Positions 62,189-64,000 of a stretch of 64,000 nt of DNA are shown here, piece after piece. The stretch's first letter is position 1; every line of letters begins with the position of its first letter. The notes beneath the pieces were generated by a model, which was given only the letters and a program-made list of their open reading frames with translations, was not told the origin of the DNA and searched no databases. This DNA comes from Microthyrium microscopicum. Its lineage: Eukaryota. The stretch spans positions 1,743,784 through 1,807,783 of the forward strand of contig MU004231.1 in NCBI GenBank assembly GCA_010405405.1, given 5' to 3'. The position numbers and the translations under genes are program-made.

Positions 62189-62890
62189 ATGTCTCTTCAA
62201 CCTTCCGTCACGGAATATCTCGAGTCGCCATCCGACTCCAATGCCAAATGGGTGACGTTCCAGCTAAACGCGCCTCTGCCAGCAACCAGCAACGGCTCGC
62301 GCTTGGCCATCGGCGCTCCTCCAGCAGAGCTCACCCAAGTGGGCAACTTCGGCGCCGTCTCTCCAGGCGCCATCTACCGCGCGCAGTTCCCACAGCCAGA
62401 CAACTACGCCTGGCTATCCACCCTTGGCCTGAAGGCCATTCTGACGCTCGTCGAAGGCCCCTTCGACGACCACTACCGAGAATGGATGTTCCAGGAAGGC
62501 ATCCAGCATCACAACATCATTCTTCCAACCAATAAGGATGCTGTCAACATGCGTGAGGCGGATATCAAAGCTGCCCTTTCTGTACTCCTCGACCAGCGCA
62601 ACTACCCGTTGCTGATTCATTGCAACAAAGGAAAGCACCGCACTGGCTGCTTGGTGGGAACTTTACGACTGGCGATGGGAGAAGAGATGGGACCTGTCGT
62701 GGAAGAGTACCGTGCTTACGCGGGAAAGAAGGCGCGACCGGGCGACGAAAAGTTCTTGGGTGAGATGGACGTCGCACCAGTGACAGAGATGGTGAAGGCT
62801 CTTGGTGCTGTAGGCCTGGAGATGAACGAGAAGGGTGAGCGAAAGCCTGCGGCGGGATCGTCGCTTCCTAAGGAGAAGCGTGGTAGTTGA
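62189..62890 (+). CDS. Siw14/Oca-family (PFA-DSP) phosphatase
   Basis: NFGAV..IYRAQFP, LGLKAILTL, NYPLLIHCNKGKHRTGC, EYRAYAGKKAR. Confidence 0.88.
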   Translation: MSLQPSVTEYLESPSDSNAKWVTFQLNAPLPATSNGSRLAIGAPPAELTQVGNFGAVSPGAIYRAQFPQPDNYAWLSTLGLKAILTLVEGPFDDHYREWMFQEGIQHHNIILPTNKDAVNMREADIKAALSVLLDQRNYPLLIHCNKGKHRTGCLVGTLRLAMGEEMGPVVEEYRAYAGKKARPGDEKFLGEMDVAPVTEMVKALGAVGLEMNEKGERKPAAGSSLPKEKRGS

Positions 62891-63209
62891 TCTGGGCCGG
62901 CGTTAGGAGTTTGGAGTTGCTTATATCGGGTTTCGCTATGGTCCGGCTTGGAAGGTGTCTTTCCTGGTTTATCTGTTTTGCTGTATTTGTTATTGCCAAC
63001 ATTAGTATCGCTTGAACAGATATGAATGTAACGAAGGAACCATCCAATGAATTGAACTTTCATCAATGACACTATTGACCGCTCAAGTCCGCATAAGTAC
63101 ATGTAACCTTCCCATCACTACCGCAAGACACAGTATATAAAACATTCATGCAAGACAAAAACTGGAGAACGAAACTCAAGTCTAGTTATTTACCTGCGAA
63201 AAGGATTCA

Positions 63210-64000
63210 TTAGATCCCAAGGTTGAACTCAACACCAACGTCAATATCACGAGCTTGAGAGGTTAGCTATTTCTGTTAAGAAGTATAAGAGAGCATGATG
63301 ATTTACCTATCTTAACAAGTTTGGAGAATTGCACGGACTTCTCGGCGGCATTTTGGAGATCATCGATGGAGAAGATCTTCATGCCGGACTCATTGATCTG
63401 TGACATGGTGAGTACGGTACATCTTCATTACTTTGTACTTCACTTACGAGCTTATGAGCAGCCTCCATGTTTGTGCCTTGAAGACGAGCAATGATTGGTA
63501 TCCGGAGGTTCATGTTTTGTACAACCTGGATAAGACCAGTAGCGATGGCATCGCAGCGTACGATACCACCAAAGATGTTGACAAAGATGGCAGAGACCTT
63601 GGGGTCGCTGGTAATGAGCTCGAATGCCTTTTGAATGGCGGCAGGGGTAGCTCCACCTCCAACGTCAAGGAAGTTGGCTGGGCTACCACCATTGAGCTTG
63701 ATGATATCCATGGTGGCCATGGCAAGACCTGCACCGTTGACTAAGCATCCGATATCACCATCAAGCTTGATGAAGTTGAGGTTGGATTCAGCAGCCTTGA
63801 CCTCATCGGCATCTTCCTGGGTAGTGTCGCGCATGTCGAAGAGCTCTTTTTGTCTGAAATCTGCGTTATCGTCGAATCCGAGCTTGCAATCCATGCAAAG
63901 AACTTCATGATCTGTTGTTTCGCTCCATGGGTTGATTTCGATCTGAGTAGCATCCTTATCCATGAAAAGCTTGTATAGCTTCTTGATTTCGTCCGCAGCG
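63210..64000 (-). CDS. LSC2: Succinyl-CoA ligase beta subunit, 3' part
   Basis: [59 protein letters not shown]; ends GVEFNLGI*. Confidence 0.96.

Overview
Gene-dense, intron-containing window from a filamentous ascomycete (Pezizomycotina-type GT...CTAAC...YAG introns). It holds about 26 protein-coding loci. Conserved housekeeping genes: HSP104, NOP1 head-to-head with RPL17, TFC7-like, RPS22, MED5, LSC2 (partial), U2SURP/SR140, a SIW14-like phosphatase, TMEM256/DUF423 and an SDR. Lineage-variable genes: two tandem DUF6604 paralogs, a ToxD/LovC-like enoyl reductase, a C2H2 TF, DUF4246, F-box-like and MYND proteins, and a CE12 esterase. Notable points: (1) a dispersed 60-80 bp hairpin-forming repeat, not identified as any known family, with at least 6 intergenic copies including an inverted pair at 35.9-36.1 kb; (2) a P-loop kinase gene broken only by an exact 11-bp triplication; (3) an adjacent intronless ORF resembling green-algal GT77-type transferases; (4) an snR44-like H/ACA snoRNA and a second structured element in RPS22 introns; (5) a promoter block conserved between the DUF6604 paralogs. 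Exon boundaries were read by eye and family calls rest on motif recognition, with no database search.
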